Shown: in pieces, positions 21,501 to 26,476 of the stretch
Layout of the letters: every line of letters starts with the position of its first letter
Position numbering within the stretch: the stretch's first letter is position 1
DNA from: Alteraurantiacibacter sp.
Lineage (GTDB): Bacteria; Pseudomonadota; Alphaproteobacteria; Sphingomonadales; Sphingomonadaceae
Assembly (NCBI GenBank): GCA_963675825.2
Contig: CAXXJY010000003.1
Location: forward strand, 28,929 to 92,928
Length of the DNA: 64,000 nt
Reading direction: 5' to 3'
Translations under genes and position numbers: made by a program
The notes under the pieces: model-generated
Database searches by the model: none
Told to the model about the DNA's origin: nothing
The model's input: the letters and a program-made list of their open reading frames with translations, nothing else

Positions 21501-23564
21501 CGTCTGCGTCAGTGCGCCGGCATCGGGCGAGCTGCCGTCGGCCAGGTCGTCCTCGTACAGCGTCTCTTCCGCGCCCTGACCGTCAAGCCCGTTGATGGTC
21601 ACCCCATCGTCAGCGCCGTTGATCGTGATCGTCACCGTCGTCGTCGAGGTGTCCCCGTCGCCATCGGTGATGGTGTAGGTGAAGGTCTCGCTCAGCGTCT
21701 CGTTCTGGTCGAGCCCCTGCACGAACGCATTGCTGTTATCCAGCGTGTAGACATAGTCGCCGTTCGCCGCGATCGACAGCGTGCCATAGGCACCCGCCAC
21801 CGCCGCGCCCACATTGCCAGACACGTCGCCGGTCGCCGTGCCGAACACTACGCCCGTCACGCTCGCCTGGTCCGCACCGTCCACATCGGCCACACCGTCG
21901 GTGGTGTTGGCATCGCCCAGATCCGCGCCGGTCAGCACGTTGCCGTCCGCCACCAGCGGACCGTCCTCGGTCACGCTGTCCACGTCCGCATTGGCCGTCG
22001 GCACGTCATCGACAATGGTGATGTCCAGCGAAGCGGTATCGCTCGACCCGTCGCTGTCGGTAACGACCAGCGAGAAGGTATCGCTGTCGGGATCGCTCAG
22101 CGTGTTGTCCGTCAGCGTATAGGTGTAGCTGTAGTCCCCGCCGGTGACGGAGACGACGAGTTCACCCTTGGCGGTGACCACGGTGCCACCGCCGGTCACA
22201 TCCTGGCCGTTGATCACCAGCGACGCCACCGTATCGCCACCCGTGTTGATGAGGATATCGCCCTGCGCGATCTCGCTATCGCTCGCCGCATTGGAACCTG
22301 CAGGCTCATCCCCGCGCGCGGGCAAGCCCGCTTCATCGACATCATTGTCGCCTTCAACCGCGATCTCCGGTTCGGAATCATCGGCCAAAGTGATCGTCAC
22401 CGTGGCAGTGGCAACGTCGCCGTCACCATCGGTGATCGTGTAATCGAAGGATACCTCGCCTTCCTCGCCCGGGGCGGGCGTATAGGTAAAGGTACCGTCA
22501 TCGTTGTAGGCAACCGTGCCATCGCCTTGCAGCGAGCCTTCGACATAGGCGATCTGATCGAGCGCGACATCATCGGCACCGGGGGTATCGTTGGCAAAGA
22601 CATCAACGGTGATAGGGGCATTATCATCAGGCCCGGCGGTGCCAGTGTCGTCAGCAGCAATCGGAGCATCATCAATGATATCGATCCGCAGCGTAGCAGT
22701 TGCCTGATCGCCATCAGTATCGGTGATGGTTACCGAGAAGAAATCCTCGCTGGCGGGATCAGTCGTGTTGTCGAGCAGGACATAATCATAGCCGATCCGG
22801 CCCGGCTCGATGCTGGTGATGGTAAGCTGACCCAGATCGGTCGTAAAGGTCTGCCCAACAGAAGTTATTACAACGCCATTGATCGCAATGTTGTCCACGC
22901 CATCGGGCGAAGCGTAGTTGATGTAACCATAAGTGGTCTCAGAGTCCGCAGCGGCATTCGTCCCCTCGGGCTCACTGCCGCGCTCGGGCAGGCCAGCTTC
23001 GTTGACTGCGTCTTCAGCGTTGATGACCGACACACCCTGATCATCGATCTCAATCTCGATTCCGGGCTCTTCATCCACCAGACCAGGGATGATTTCTTCT
23101 TCCTGGACTTCCGGGAAGGCAAGTTCGGTATAGGGAAGCAGGTCGCCAAGGTCGAAGGCGGACTGGATCTCACCCGGATCGGTCGCGAAATTGCCGCCCG
23201 AGCTTGGCGTCACGCCCGCTGCAGGCTCGGGTTCATTGCCAACCAGCAAGGCAGCAACGTTCGCGGCGGGAATGGGTGTGCCATCGACAACGAGTTGTGG
23301 AACCACGATGGCCCCGTCGGGCACCACGATCCGCGTGCCGTCGGTCAGGACGATGACAAGATCGCGCCCATCGAAGCCGAGGCTGTCAATCTCCTGCCCC
23401 GCCGGAAGCACCACGGTGTTGTCAGGCCCAGCTGCCTGCACCTGGGCCGCAGTCTGGCTCGTCGCCTGCTTGGTGACTGGTGAAGGCTTGGAGGGTCCTG
23501 CGGTATCTGACGTGTTTTCACCGCCGAGCATTTCGCCGTCGAAGTCGTTCAGTTCTTCACTCAT
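6537..23564 (-). CDS. Giant repetitive T1SS-secreted adhesin (VCBS-like and T1SS-143-like repeats, vWA domain, RTX nonapeptides)
   Basis: The ORF is open from 23618. I prefer the ATG at 23564 (MSEELNDFDG...) with GGTGGAAG immediately upstream, giving 5,675 codons. The protein is very acidic and rich in T/D/G/V. VCBS-like motif: GAYGTLSIAANGDYVYTLDN...FTYTITDGDGD. A vWA segment with the MIDAS-like motif DFSGS lies at about 9090-9610. An RTX run, GNDILIGRDGANDVLIGGDGADIITGGTGSDDF, lies at about 8330-8440. The gene is followed by TolC, ABC and adaptor genes on the same strand. Confidence 0.9.
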   Translation of the reverse strand: MSEELNDFDGEMLGGENTSDTAGPSKPSPVTKQATSQTAAQVQAAGPDNTVVLPAGQEIDSLGFDGRDLVIVLTDGTRIVVPDGAIVVPQLVVDGTPIPAANVAALLVGNEPEPAAGVTPSSGGNFATDPGEIQSAFDLGDLLPYTELAFPEVQEEEIIPGLVDEEPGIEIEIDDQGVSVINAEDAVNEAGLPERGSEPEGTNAAADSETTYGYINYASPDGVDNIAINGVVITSVGQTFTTDLGQLTITSIEPGRIGYDYVLLDNTTDPASEDFFSVTITDTDGDQATATLRIDIIDDAPIAADDTGTAGPDDNAPITVDVFANDTPGADDVALDQIAYVEGSLQGDGTVAYNDDGTFTYTPAPGEEGEVSFDYTITDGDGDVATATVTITLADDSEPEIAVEGDNDVDEAGLPARGDEPAGSNAASDSEIAQGDILINTGGDTVASLVINGQDVTGGGTVVTAKGELVVSVTGGDYSYTYTLTDNTLSDPDSDTFSLVVTDSDGSSDTASLDITIVDDVPTANADVDSVTEDGPLVADGNVLTGADLGDANTTDGVADVDGADQASVTGVVFGTATGDVSGNVGAAVAGAYGTLSIAANGDYVYTLDNSNAFVQGLDQNETLSETFTYTITDGDGDTSTTTVTITINGADDGVTINGLDGQGAEETLYEDDLADGSSPDAGALTQTGTFTVDSPDGLATLTVGGVTVFDANATTTYPVTIDDPVYGLLTVTGVTPTLDGAGDVVSATISYSYVLQDNSLLHTGADDASFTDSFAVVATDSDGSSDTASLDITIVDDVPTANADVDSVTEDGPLVADGNVLTGADLGDANTTDGVADVDGADQASVTGVVFGTATGDVSGNVGAAVAGAYGTLSIAANGDYVYTLDNSNAFVQGLDQNETLSETFTYTITDGDGDTSTTTVTITINGADDGVTINGLDGQGAEETLYEDDLADGSSPDAGALTQTGTFTVDSPDGLATLTVGGVTVFDANATTTYPVTIDDPVYGLLTVTGVTPTLDGAGDVVSATISYSYVLQDNSLLHTGADDASFTDSFAVVATDSDGSSDTASLDITIVDDVPTANADVDSVTEDGPLVADGNVLTGADLGDANTTDGVADVDGADQASVTGVVFGTATGDVSGNVGAAVAGAYGTLSIAANGDYVYTLDNSNAFVQGLDQNETLSETFTYTITDGDGDTSTTTVTITINGADDGVTINGLDGQGAEETLYEDDLADGSSPDAGALTQTGTFTVDSPDGLATLTVGGVTVFDANATTTYPVTIDDPVYGLLTVTGVTPTLDGAGDVVSATISYSYVLQDNSLLHTGADDASFTDSFAVVATDSDGSSDTASLDITIVDDVPTANADVDSVTEDGPLVADGNVLTGADLGDANTTDGVADVDGADQASVTGVVFGTATGDVSGNVGAAVAGAYGTLSIAANGDYVYTLDNSNAFVQGLDQNETLSETFTYTITDGDGDTSTTTVTITINGADDGVTINGLDGQGAEETLYEDDLADGSSPDAGALTQTGTFTVDSPDGLATLTVGGVTVFDANATTTYPVTIDDPVYGLLTVTGVTPTLDGAGDVVSATISYSYVLQDNSLLHTGADDASFTDSFAVVATDSDGSSDTASLDITIVDDVPTANADVDSVTEDGPLVADGNVLTGADLGDANTTDGVADVDGADQASVTGVVFGTATGDVSGNVGAAVAGAYGTLSIAANGDYVYTLDNSNAFVQGLDQNETLSETFTYTITDGDGDTSTTTVTITINGADDGVTINGLDGQGAEETLYEDDLADGSSPDAGALTQTGTFTVDSPDGLATLTVGGVTVFDANATTTYPVTIDDPVYGLLTVTGVTPTLDGAGDVVSATISYSYVLQDNSLLHTGADDASFTDSFAVVATDSDGSSDTASLDITIVDDVPTANADVDSVTEDGPLVADGNVLTGADLGDANTTDGVADVDGADQASVTGVVFGTATGDVSGNVGAAVAGAYGTLSIAANGDYVYTLDNSNAFVQGLDQNETLSETFTYTITDGDGDTSTTTVTITINGADDGVTINGLDGQGAEETLYEDDLADGSSPDAGALTQTGTFTVDSPDGLATLTVGGVTVFDANATTTYPVTIDDPVYGLLTVTGVTPTLDGAGDVVSATISYSYVLQDNSLLHTGADDASFTDSFAVVATDSDGSSDTASLDITIVDDVPTANADVDSVTEDGPLVADGNVLTGADLGDANTTDGVADVDGADQASVTGVVFGTATGDVSGNVGAAVAGAYGTLSIAANGDYVYTLDNSNAFVQGLDQNETLSETFTYTITDGDGDTSTTTVTITINGADDGVTINGLDGQGAEETLYEDDLADGSSPDAGALTQTGTFTVDSPDGLATLTVGGVTVFDANATTTYPVTIDDPVYGLLTVTGVTPTLDGAGDVVSATISYSYVLQDNSLLHTGADDASFTDSFAVVATDSDGSSDTASLDITIVDDVPTANADVDSVTEDGPLVADGNVLTGADLGDANTTDGVADVDGADQASVTGVVFGTATGDVSGNVGAAVAGAYGTLSIAANGDYVYTLDNSNAFVQGLDQNETLSETFTYTITDGDGDTSTTTVTITINGADDGVTINGLDGQGAEETLYEDDLADGSSPDAGALTQTGTFTVDSPDGLATLTVGGVTVFDANATTTYPVTIDDPVYGLLTVTGVTPTLDGAGDVVSATISYSYVLQDNSLLHTGADDASFTDSFAVVATDSDGSSDTASLDITIVDDVPTANADVDSVTEDGPLVADGNVLTGADLGDANTTDGVADVDGADQASVTGVVFGTATGDVSGNVGAAVAGAYGTLSIAANGDYVYTLDNSNAFVQGLDQNETLSETFTYTITDGDGDTSTTTVTITINGADDGVTINGLDGQGAEETLYEDDLADGSSPDAGALTQTGTFTVDSPDGLATLTVGGVTVFDANATTTYPVTIDDPVYGLLTVTGVTPTLDGAGDVVSATISYSYVLQDNSLLHTGADDASFTDSFAVVATDSDGSSDTASLDITIVDDVPTANADVDSVTEDGPLVADGNVLTGADLGDANTTDGVADVDGADQASVTGVVFGTATGDVSGNVGAAVAGAYGTLSIAANGDYVYTLDNSNAFVQGLDQNETLSETFTYTITDGDGDTSTTTVTITINGADDGVTINGLDGQGAEETLYEDDLADGSSPDAGALTQTGTFTVDSPDGLATLTVGGVTVFDANATTTYPVTIDDPVYGLLTVTGVTPTLDGAGDVVSATISYSYVLQDNSLLHTGADDASFTDSFAVVATDSDGSSDTASLDITIVDDVPTANADVDSVTEDGPLVADGNVLTGADLGDANTTDGVADVDGADQASVTGVVFGTATGDVSGNVGAAVAGAYGTLSIAANGDYVYTLDNSNAFVQGLDQNETLSETFTYTITDGDGDTSTTTVTITINGADDGVTINGLDGQGAEETLYEDDLADGSSPDAGALTQTGTFTVDSPDGLATLTVGGVTVFDANATTTYPVTIDDPVYGLLTVTGVTPTLDGAGDVVSATISYSYVLQDNSLLHTGADDASFTDSFAVVATDSDGSSDTASLDITIVDDVPTANADVDSVTEDGPLVADGNVLTGADLGDANTTDGVADVDGADQASVTGVVFGTATGDVSGNVGAAVAGAYGTLSIAANGDYVYTLDNSNAFVQGLDQNETLSETFTYTITDGDGDTSTTTVTITINGADDGVTINGLDGQGAEETLYEDDLADGSSPDAGALTQTGTFTVDSPDGLATLTVGGVTVFDANATTTYPVTIDDPVYGLLTVTGVTPTLDGAGDVVSATISYSYVLQDNSLLHTGADDASFTDSFAVVATDSDGSSDTASLDITIVDDVPTANADVDSVTEDGPLVADGNVLTGADLGDANTTDGVADVDGADQASVTGVVFGTATGDVSGNVGAAVAGAYGTLSIAANGDYVYTLDNSNAFVQGLDQNETLSETFTYTITDGDGDTSTTTVTITINGADDGVTINGLDGQGAEETLYEDDLADGSSPDAGALTQTGTFTVDSPDGLATLTVGGVTVFDANATTTYPVTIDDPVYGLLTVTGVTPTLDGAGDVVSATISYSYVLQDNSLLHTGADDASFTDSFAVVATDSDGSSDTASLDITIVDDVPTANAVTVTGQVDEDLLAGGIEGGVGDIDAGAGATTTVATGTSGNGQSAATLFTPGADRPLTIAFADDSGSAVTTYLESLGLESGGVALFFEVTSSSILAKAGPTGDPVFLLDLQSSGDWQFSLYDTLDHPTSGTEDDIVIDFAPIIEGLDSDGDKVTATGSLSITVDDDSPASLSPVDGFFNNDPTSPLVGQPLNEVIGADRPAQVSLIAVDLTGITVSGIPLSGVQQGNVFTAYIDSDNSGTFNAGDLEVFTITVDPSAGPSGEYEFDLIVPLDGETTVVDLLSDGAYGVGPSASVLVTQDSTGDEITLVTGWDPVGNGGLFTSTELSDWLSGSLPDVVQNPSVNGSAAGFGLGNNNFDAGEFLRFDFGPLDDYDGAGSYTPPGGTNLNSVNFVTLIVDKLGAGDITHFVAHYSDGTTESTTIVGTGSNNIQEIVFNAPPGTTIAYVDAYEESGSVKLNVGDVGVTSTTVDIDIPVSLTLTDYDGDPVTGDFTINVFDDAPDAIDDLANTTVIDQDVNAAFVLDFSGSVDNAELNLQLNAVKDAAFELFEITGGTVNVTLITFSGTAQTEGTFTSFEAFSAEVDSLNNELGGSRSFNGFTDFTAAIQQVMADFTPSSSASNQVFFLSDGNPNEQTGSGGNSLLDSVAAQWQTFIDTNNVNVTAIGVGNGINLDRLQDVDLDGEGAPILAAEFEDLVDTLVSAVTPPISGNVLANDVIASNGTDVVSIAVDGVVYSFDGVNTITPSVGTPIVGTSFTVTTGFGGELTFDFTDGSWTYEPSTTPALEIENFQYVVVDGDGDTDTAVLRIDIAAVSEASNFAKNDVVITNASSPIVIAEQLLLANDAAGTAVDSIVSSADATSVSFSSGLITFTDNDGDGGYFTYGASNGSDTDNAFVTVNRDQSGETTLDGTSGNDILIGRDGANDVLIGGDGADIITGGTGSDDFVIEDGHSTATLAGSGDNGTVSGYDTISDFDSSVDDILLDGTAVVVPNTSGSDGTDSALTVGGQTIKSHAISDGIITFDDSNTYSSALTLSSEGELAAAVDYLQSNDLGGGNNLLAFVVGGDTYLYYQDNSSPSQGDDSLIKLDGVVLTDLDAIVPSAITPVVLDLDGGGNAFSSLDAGIAYDYTGDGVKVTTAWVGEGSAILAFDGNADGRVSDASEFVFGGNGVTDLEAVAARFDSNADGILDASDADYSLFGVWIDADLDAVADDGEFISLTDVGIVSISLVSDGVLTSAADGDVTVFGTASFTMADGSVGLVSDAAFETGDEVKFGTQDEALLRASADAVLGQASSDQTNGNLMSMLENRLSDSAIVSAAMAGFLAGMPQAAAAFEMPAFSIDGLSSVNAGWAVSGQNSLMLDAAAFHGFATPVLLGGEGTASGTASGPQSSSTSNAMETLSNPLDGGGAVDGAAPPEAPVADIAPEPAAISFAGPDMAAAGMMEALLIIGDAVPSRAPDAMNGAAAKQAIADVLAEGAVDALVQQFEDQPSDGHVAAAEIVTDQISEILGLDIGGSAITMVPGINEVSVDDGAELALSHG
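11144..22061 (-). repeat. Tandem array: 13.09 copies of an 834-bp (278-codon) unit, apparently 100% identical, inside the adhesin CDS
   Basis: At an offset of 834 nt, identity starts at 11144 (11141-11143 differ from 11975-11977). It ends at 22061 (22062 is a, where the unit has c). The supplied translations of the sense frame and of two antisense frames are identical from unit to unit. Confidence 0.95.
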
Positions 23565-24087
23565 CTTCCACCCCATTTGCAGGCAGAAGCTCGAGATGGG
23601 CCCCTGGCCGCAATTCATTGCTGCGGTGGCTTCTCCCCAAAAAAGAAGCCGCCTGTTGGGAAGATGAGATCAGCAAAATCGCATGGTTACAAGGATGTTA
23701 ACTATCTCACCGGATGGCAGTGCTACCGACTGCTGTTGGCCCGAACCGAAGGTTGGCGCCCAAGGCTTTGATTCAAATGTATACTTCTGACGTCTTGCGC
23801 GGACATTTTGTTGCTCCCTGCGAGAGCAACCATGCTGCCTGTCCTATCTTTGGACACATTGCTAACAACAAATTTACTCTTTTTGACCGCCCGAATTTGA
23901 CAGATTGAAGCCGATTCGCAATCGTCTGCAGCCCTCAGGTGGAAGCAGGCGCACTGACCAGAGGATTTATTGCGGCCTTGAATGGCCCCGCGGCCTTCAT
24001 CCACCCAGGATCGCAGCATGGCAGAACTTCGCGACCGACGACTCCGCGCAGATCCCGCTCCTGATCGGCAACGGCCGAAGAGCTAGC

Positions 24088-24158
24088 AACAGCGAAGATG
24101 CACAGGAGGGGCCACGCGCCTTCGCAGAGAAGCGCAGGCCGCAAGGCAGGGTCGCTAG
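24088..24158 (+). pseudogene. 3'-terminal relic of an enoyl-CoA hydratase gene, paralogous to the end of CDS 29127-29894
   Basis: aacagcgaagatgcacaggaggggccacgcgccttcgcagagaagcgcaggccgcaaggcagggtcgctag aligns with 29823-29894 aacagcgaggacgcgcaagaggggccacgcgccttcgcagagaagcgcaagccgcagtggaaggggcgctag. It encodes NSEDAQEGPRAFAEKRRPQ, and a 1-nt deletion sits before the stop. No upstream crotonase body is recognisable. Confidence 0.7.
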
Positions 24159-24367
24159 GCTCGAAGGCCTTCGCCGGCGGTCTTGACAAGCCAAGCGAAG
24201 AATAGATCTTGCTCGTCGGTCAGTTTGCCGTCGGGATCGAAGCTTCGCTCGATAACCCTGCCATCCCCGTTTCGCCCGATAAGAACCACCGTGCTGCAAC
24301 GCGTTCCATAGTCGGGATCGCGTATGAAAACCAGAGCATAGGCCGGCTGCGGACCATCATGCGGCAT
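24155..24367 (-). CDS. Hypothetical 70-aa protein (family not recognised)
   Basis: Track ORF MPHDGPQPAYALVFIRDPDYGTRCSTVVLIGRNGDGRVIERSFDPDGKLTDEQDLFFAWLVKTAGEGLRA. Its ATG sits in AATGCCGCATGA, a typical start/stop overlap context. The call is weak because it lies in a decayed region. Confidence 0.3.
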   Translation of the reverse strand: MPHDGPQPAYALVFIRDPDYGTRCSTVVLIGRNGDGRVIERSFDPDGKLTDEQDLFFAWLVKTAGEGLRA

Positions 24368-24717
24368 TGGTTCTGTGAGAACAGCCGTTTCCTCTCGACA
24401 GCCATCGCTTGCACCATATCGTCACTCGCCCCCTCTACGAAGTAGCTGATCAACCGCCCGACCAGTGCAAGCACACAAATTTCGACAGGTACAAGCTGCA
24501 ACTTGCGATCATCTCGCTATCCGCCAAATAGAGCTGCAGCCCCGCACATTCCGAAGAGTGCGAACATGTCCGCACGCAGTGTTGCATATCCATTTGCAGC
24601 TAACGGCCGCACACCGAACTGCTCGCCCGTACCAACAGGGTCGAGCAGATATCTGACTCCCAGGCCCAGAAAGACCAATCCCAGAAGAATTTCGAGAGCC
24701 TTCAACGCAGATCACAT
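24357..24717 (-). pseudogene. Small multi-TM membrane protein gene (DUF4345-like; family name from memory) interrupted by in-frame stops
   Basis: A strong RBS, AAGGAGG, sits 5 nt before the ATG at 24717. Codon 2 is TGA (24714-24712). The same frame continues as SA-LKALEILLGLVFLGLGVRYLLDPVGTGEQFGVRPLAANGYATLRADMFALFGMCGAAALFGG. An in-frame TAG follows at 24519-24517, then RDDRKLQLVPVEICVLALVGRLISYFVEG... The two track ORFs 24517-24705 and 24220-24501 are in the same frame. Confidence 0.5.
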
Positions 24718-24960
24718 AGCTGCCTCCTTCCAAGCACCGGACGATAGCCGCCTTTGCCACGCATTTCAGCAGAAACGGACGCTTGGCCGTACAATTTCAG
24801 GTGATCCATTCCGAGGCGAAGCGGAAAATCCCGGTCGCGCAGCATATCTGTGCAAGCTCTCGAACATGACGGAAGCCTCAGACCAGGCAGCAAACGGCAA
24901 CGTCTAGTGGTCAAGCGGCTGGAGAGCATGGCCATCGATCATGCCATGCAAAGTCTTCGC

Positions 24961-26130
24961 CTAGACAGGCAGTCCGACGTAGTTCTCGGCAATGCTGGTC
25001 TGCGCAGCGCGGCTGCTAGCGATGTAATCTAGTTCGGCCACCTGCATGGCCCGCTCGAAATCGCCATCCTCGGGGAAGCGGTGCATCAGCTTGGTGAGCG
25101 ACCAGCTGAAGCGTTCGGACTTCCACACACGCGCCAGTGCCCGGTCCGAATACCCGCTGATTGCGTCATTGTCCGATCCCTTGAAGAAGCGAACTAGCGC
25201 ATCCGCCGCATAGTGCACGTCACTGGCGGCCAGGTTCAGCCCCTTGGCGCCCGTGGGCGGAACGATGTGCGCGGCATCGCCGCACAGCAGCAGCGAACCA
25301 TAGCGCATCGGCGCGAAGACGAAGCTGCGCAGCGGCGCAATGCTCTTCTCCAGCGCCGGGCCACGGGTGATGTTGGCGGCAGCTTCCGGGCCAAGACGGA
25401 TGGCCAACTCATCCCACAGGCGATCGTCGGGCCACTGCTCCACCCTGTCAGTCAGGGGCACATCCACGTAATACCGGCTGCGCGTTGCGCTGCGCATGCT
25501 GGCAAGAGCAAATCCGCGCTCGTGGTTGGCGTATATCAGCTCGTGGTTGCACGGCGGCACATCCGCCAGAATGCCCAGCCAGCCAAACGGATATTCGCGC
25601 AGGTATTCCTTGCCCACCGATGCAGGGATAACCTTGCGGCTGGGGCCGTAGAAACCGTCGCAACCGACGATGAAGCGGCAGTCCACGCGGTGTTCAGCGC
25701 CATCCTTGCGGTAGGTCACATAGGGCGCATCGCTCTCCACATCGAACAGCGCAGCTTCGTCCGCCTCGTAGATCACCTCGAGACCACGCTCCTCGCGCAC
25801 GTCCATCAGGTCGCGGGTGACTTCGGTCTGGCCATAGACCACCACCTGCTGTCCGGTGAGATCGGCGATATCGATGCGGATCAGCCGCTCGCCATCGGTC
25901 AGGTTGAAACCGTCGTGCGGCAGGCCTTCAGCCTTCAACCGCGCATCGAGACCCAACCGCTCCATCAGCGAAACGGTGATGTTCTCCAGCACGCCTGCGC
26001 GGATACGGCTGAGCACGTATTCGGGAGACCTGCGCTCAAGAACCACGCAATCCACGCCTTCGGCGCGCAGAAGATGGCCGAGCAGCAAGCCCGCAGGACC
26101 AGCGCCAATAATGCAAACCTGAGTATTCAT
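24961..26130 (-). CDS. pobA: 4-hydroxybenzoate 3-monooxygenase
   Basis: 389 aa. N-terminal FAD fold MNTQVCIIGAGPAGLLLGHLL. PobA-typical blocks RIRAGVLE, YGQTEVTRDLM, CDGFYGPSR, GWLGILADVPP, LLCGDAAHIVPPTGAKGLNLAASDV and WKSERFSWSLT. Confidence 0.95.
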   Translation of the reverse strand: MNTQVCIIGAGPAGLLLGHLLRAEGVDCVVLERRSPEYVLSRIRAGVLENITVSLMERLGLDARLKAEGLPHDGFNLTDGERLIRIDIADLTGQQVVVYGQTEVTRDLMDVREERGLEVIYEADEAALFDVESDAPYVTYRKDGAEHRVDCRFIVGCDGFYGPSRKVIPASVGKEYLREYPFGWLGILADVPPCNHELIYANHERGFALASMRSATRSRYYVDVPLTDRVEQWPDDRLWDELAIRLGPEAAANITRGPALEKSIAPLRSFVFAPMRYGSLLLCGDAAHIVPPTGAKGLNLAASDVHYAADALVRFFKGSDNDAISGYSDRALARVWKSERFSWSLTKLMHRFPEDGDFERAMQVAELDYIASSRAAQTSIAENYVGLPV

Positions 26131-26229
26131 TGTTCCCCCGGAAACGGCTTTGGCGCACCGATAGCGCGATCAACCGCATGCTTCCAGCCTTACGGAAACC
26201 GGCCTTCACCCAACGGAGTGAGCCGCAGC

Positions 26230-26476
26230 CGCACCTGCGATCAGGCCCGCGAGGTTTTGGGACAATCGCACCGTCTCATGCCGGATGTCGATACCATGTT
26301 CGAGTAGCATGTCTTGCGCGTTTCGCACAGGCAGCGGAAACGGTCGCACTTCAACACAACGATACGGCTCACTTCACGAGCCGGGTTGAAGCAGCGAAAC
26401 GGGGGCTCTTGTCCTCACTCCGTCAGGTCGGCAGGAACGGGCTTGCCCGATCAGCCAGTCTGCTATGACAGCGCCC
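26230..26476 (-). mobile_element. Degenerate relic of an IS6-family element (left inverted repeat plus decayed 5' third of the transposase gene)
   Basis: Hand translation of the minus strand across 26250-26345 gives FPLPVRNAQDMLLEHGIDIRHETVRL. The intact copy at 52990-53706 has FPLSLRNVEDLLAERGIEICHETVRF, so 16 of 26 residues are identical with the same spacing. An in-frame TGA lies upstream. The terminal sequence GGCGCTGTCATAGCAGA (minus strand, ending at 26476) resembles the IRs GGCACTGTCAGAGTAAA and GGCACTATCAAAGCAAA of the other copies. The lower boundary is uncertain. Confidence 0.55.

Noticed and set aside
11144-22061. Possibility that the strictly periodic array is a CRISPR-like or other non-coding repeat
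   Set aside because: The unit is 834 bp with no unique spacers. It is entirely in frame within a long ORF and encodes recognisable adhesin modules, so it is not CRISPR or a satellite.
11806-22122. Thirteen evenly spaced 102-108-aa plus-strand ORFs (MPDTSPVAVPNTT...)
   Set aside because: They have the same cause: a third frame of the repeated unit, antisense to the adhesin CDS. Their periodicity simply mirrors the 834-bp array.
23427-23438. QAAG near the adhesin N-terminus as a LapG-type di-alanine cleavage site
   Set aside because: Only the AAG tripeptide matches. The surrounding context and a recognisable retention module are missing, and no lapG/lapD is nearby. This is too weak to call.
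11268-23483. A 4,071-aa plus-strand ORF, the second-largest in the window
   Set aside because: It is the antisense strand of the adhesin gene. Its translation is an Arg/His/Gly/Val-rich, low-complexity repeat typical of the reverse frame of GC-rich coding DNA. It stays open only because one stop-free 834-nt unit is copied 13 times. It has no plausible start context or domains.
23723-24019. A 98-aa minus-strand ORF in the adhesin upstream region
   Set aside because: It has atypical composition, no RBS and no motif, and it lies in AT-richer presumptive regulatory DNA. Not supported as a gene.
23565-24087. Search for a c-di-GMP riboswitch or other structured leader upstream of the adhesin gene
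   Set aside because: I found only short hairpins: GGCTTCT/AGAAGCC around 23620-23650 and GTTGCTC/GAGCAAC at 23810-23830. There are no GEMM-like conserved blocks. The region is simply AT-richer promoter/leader DNA as far as I can see.
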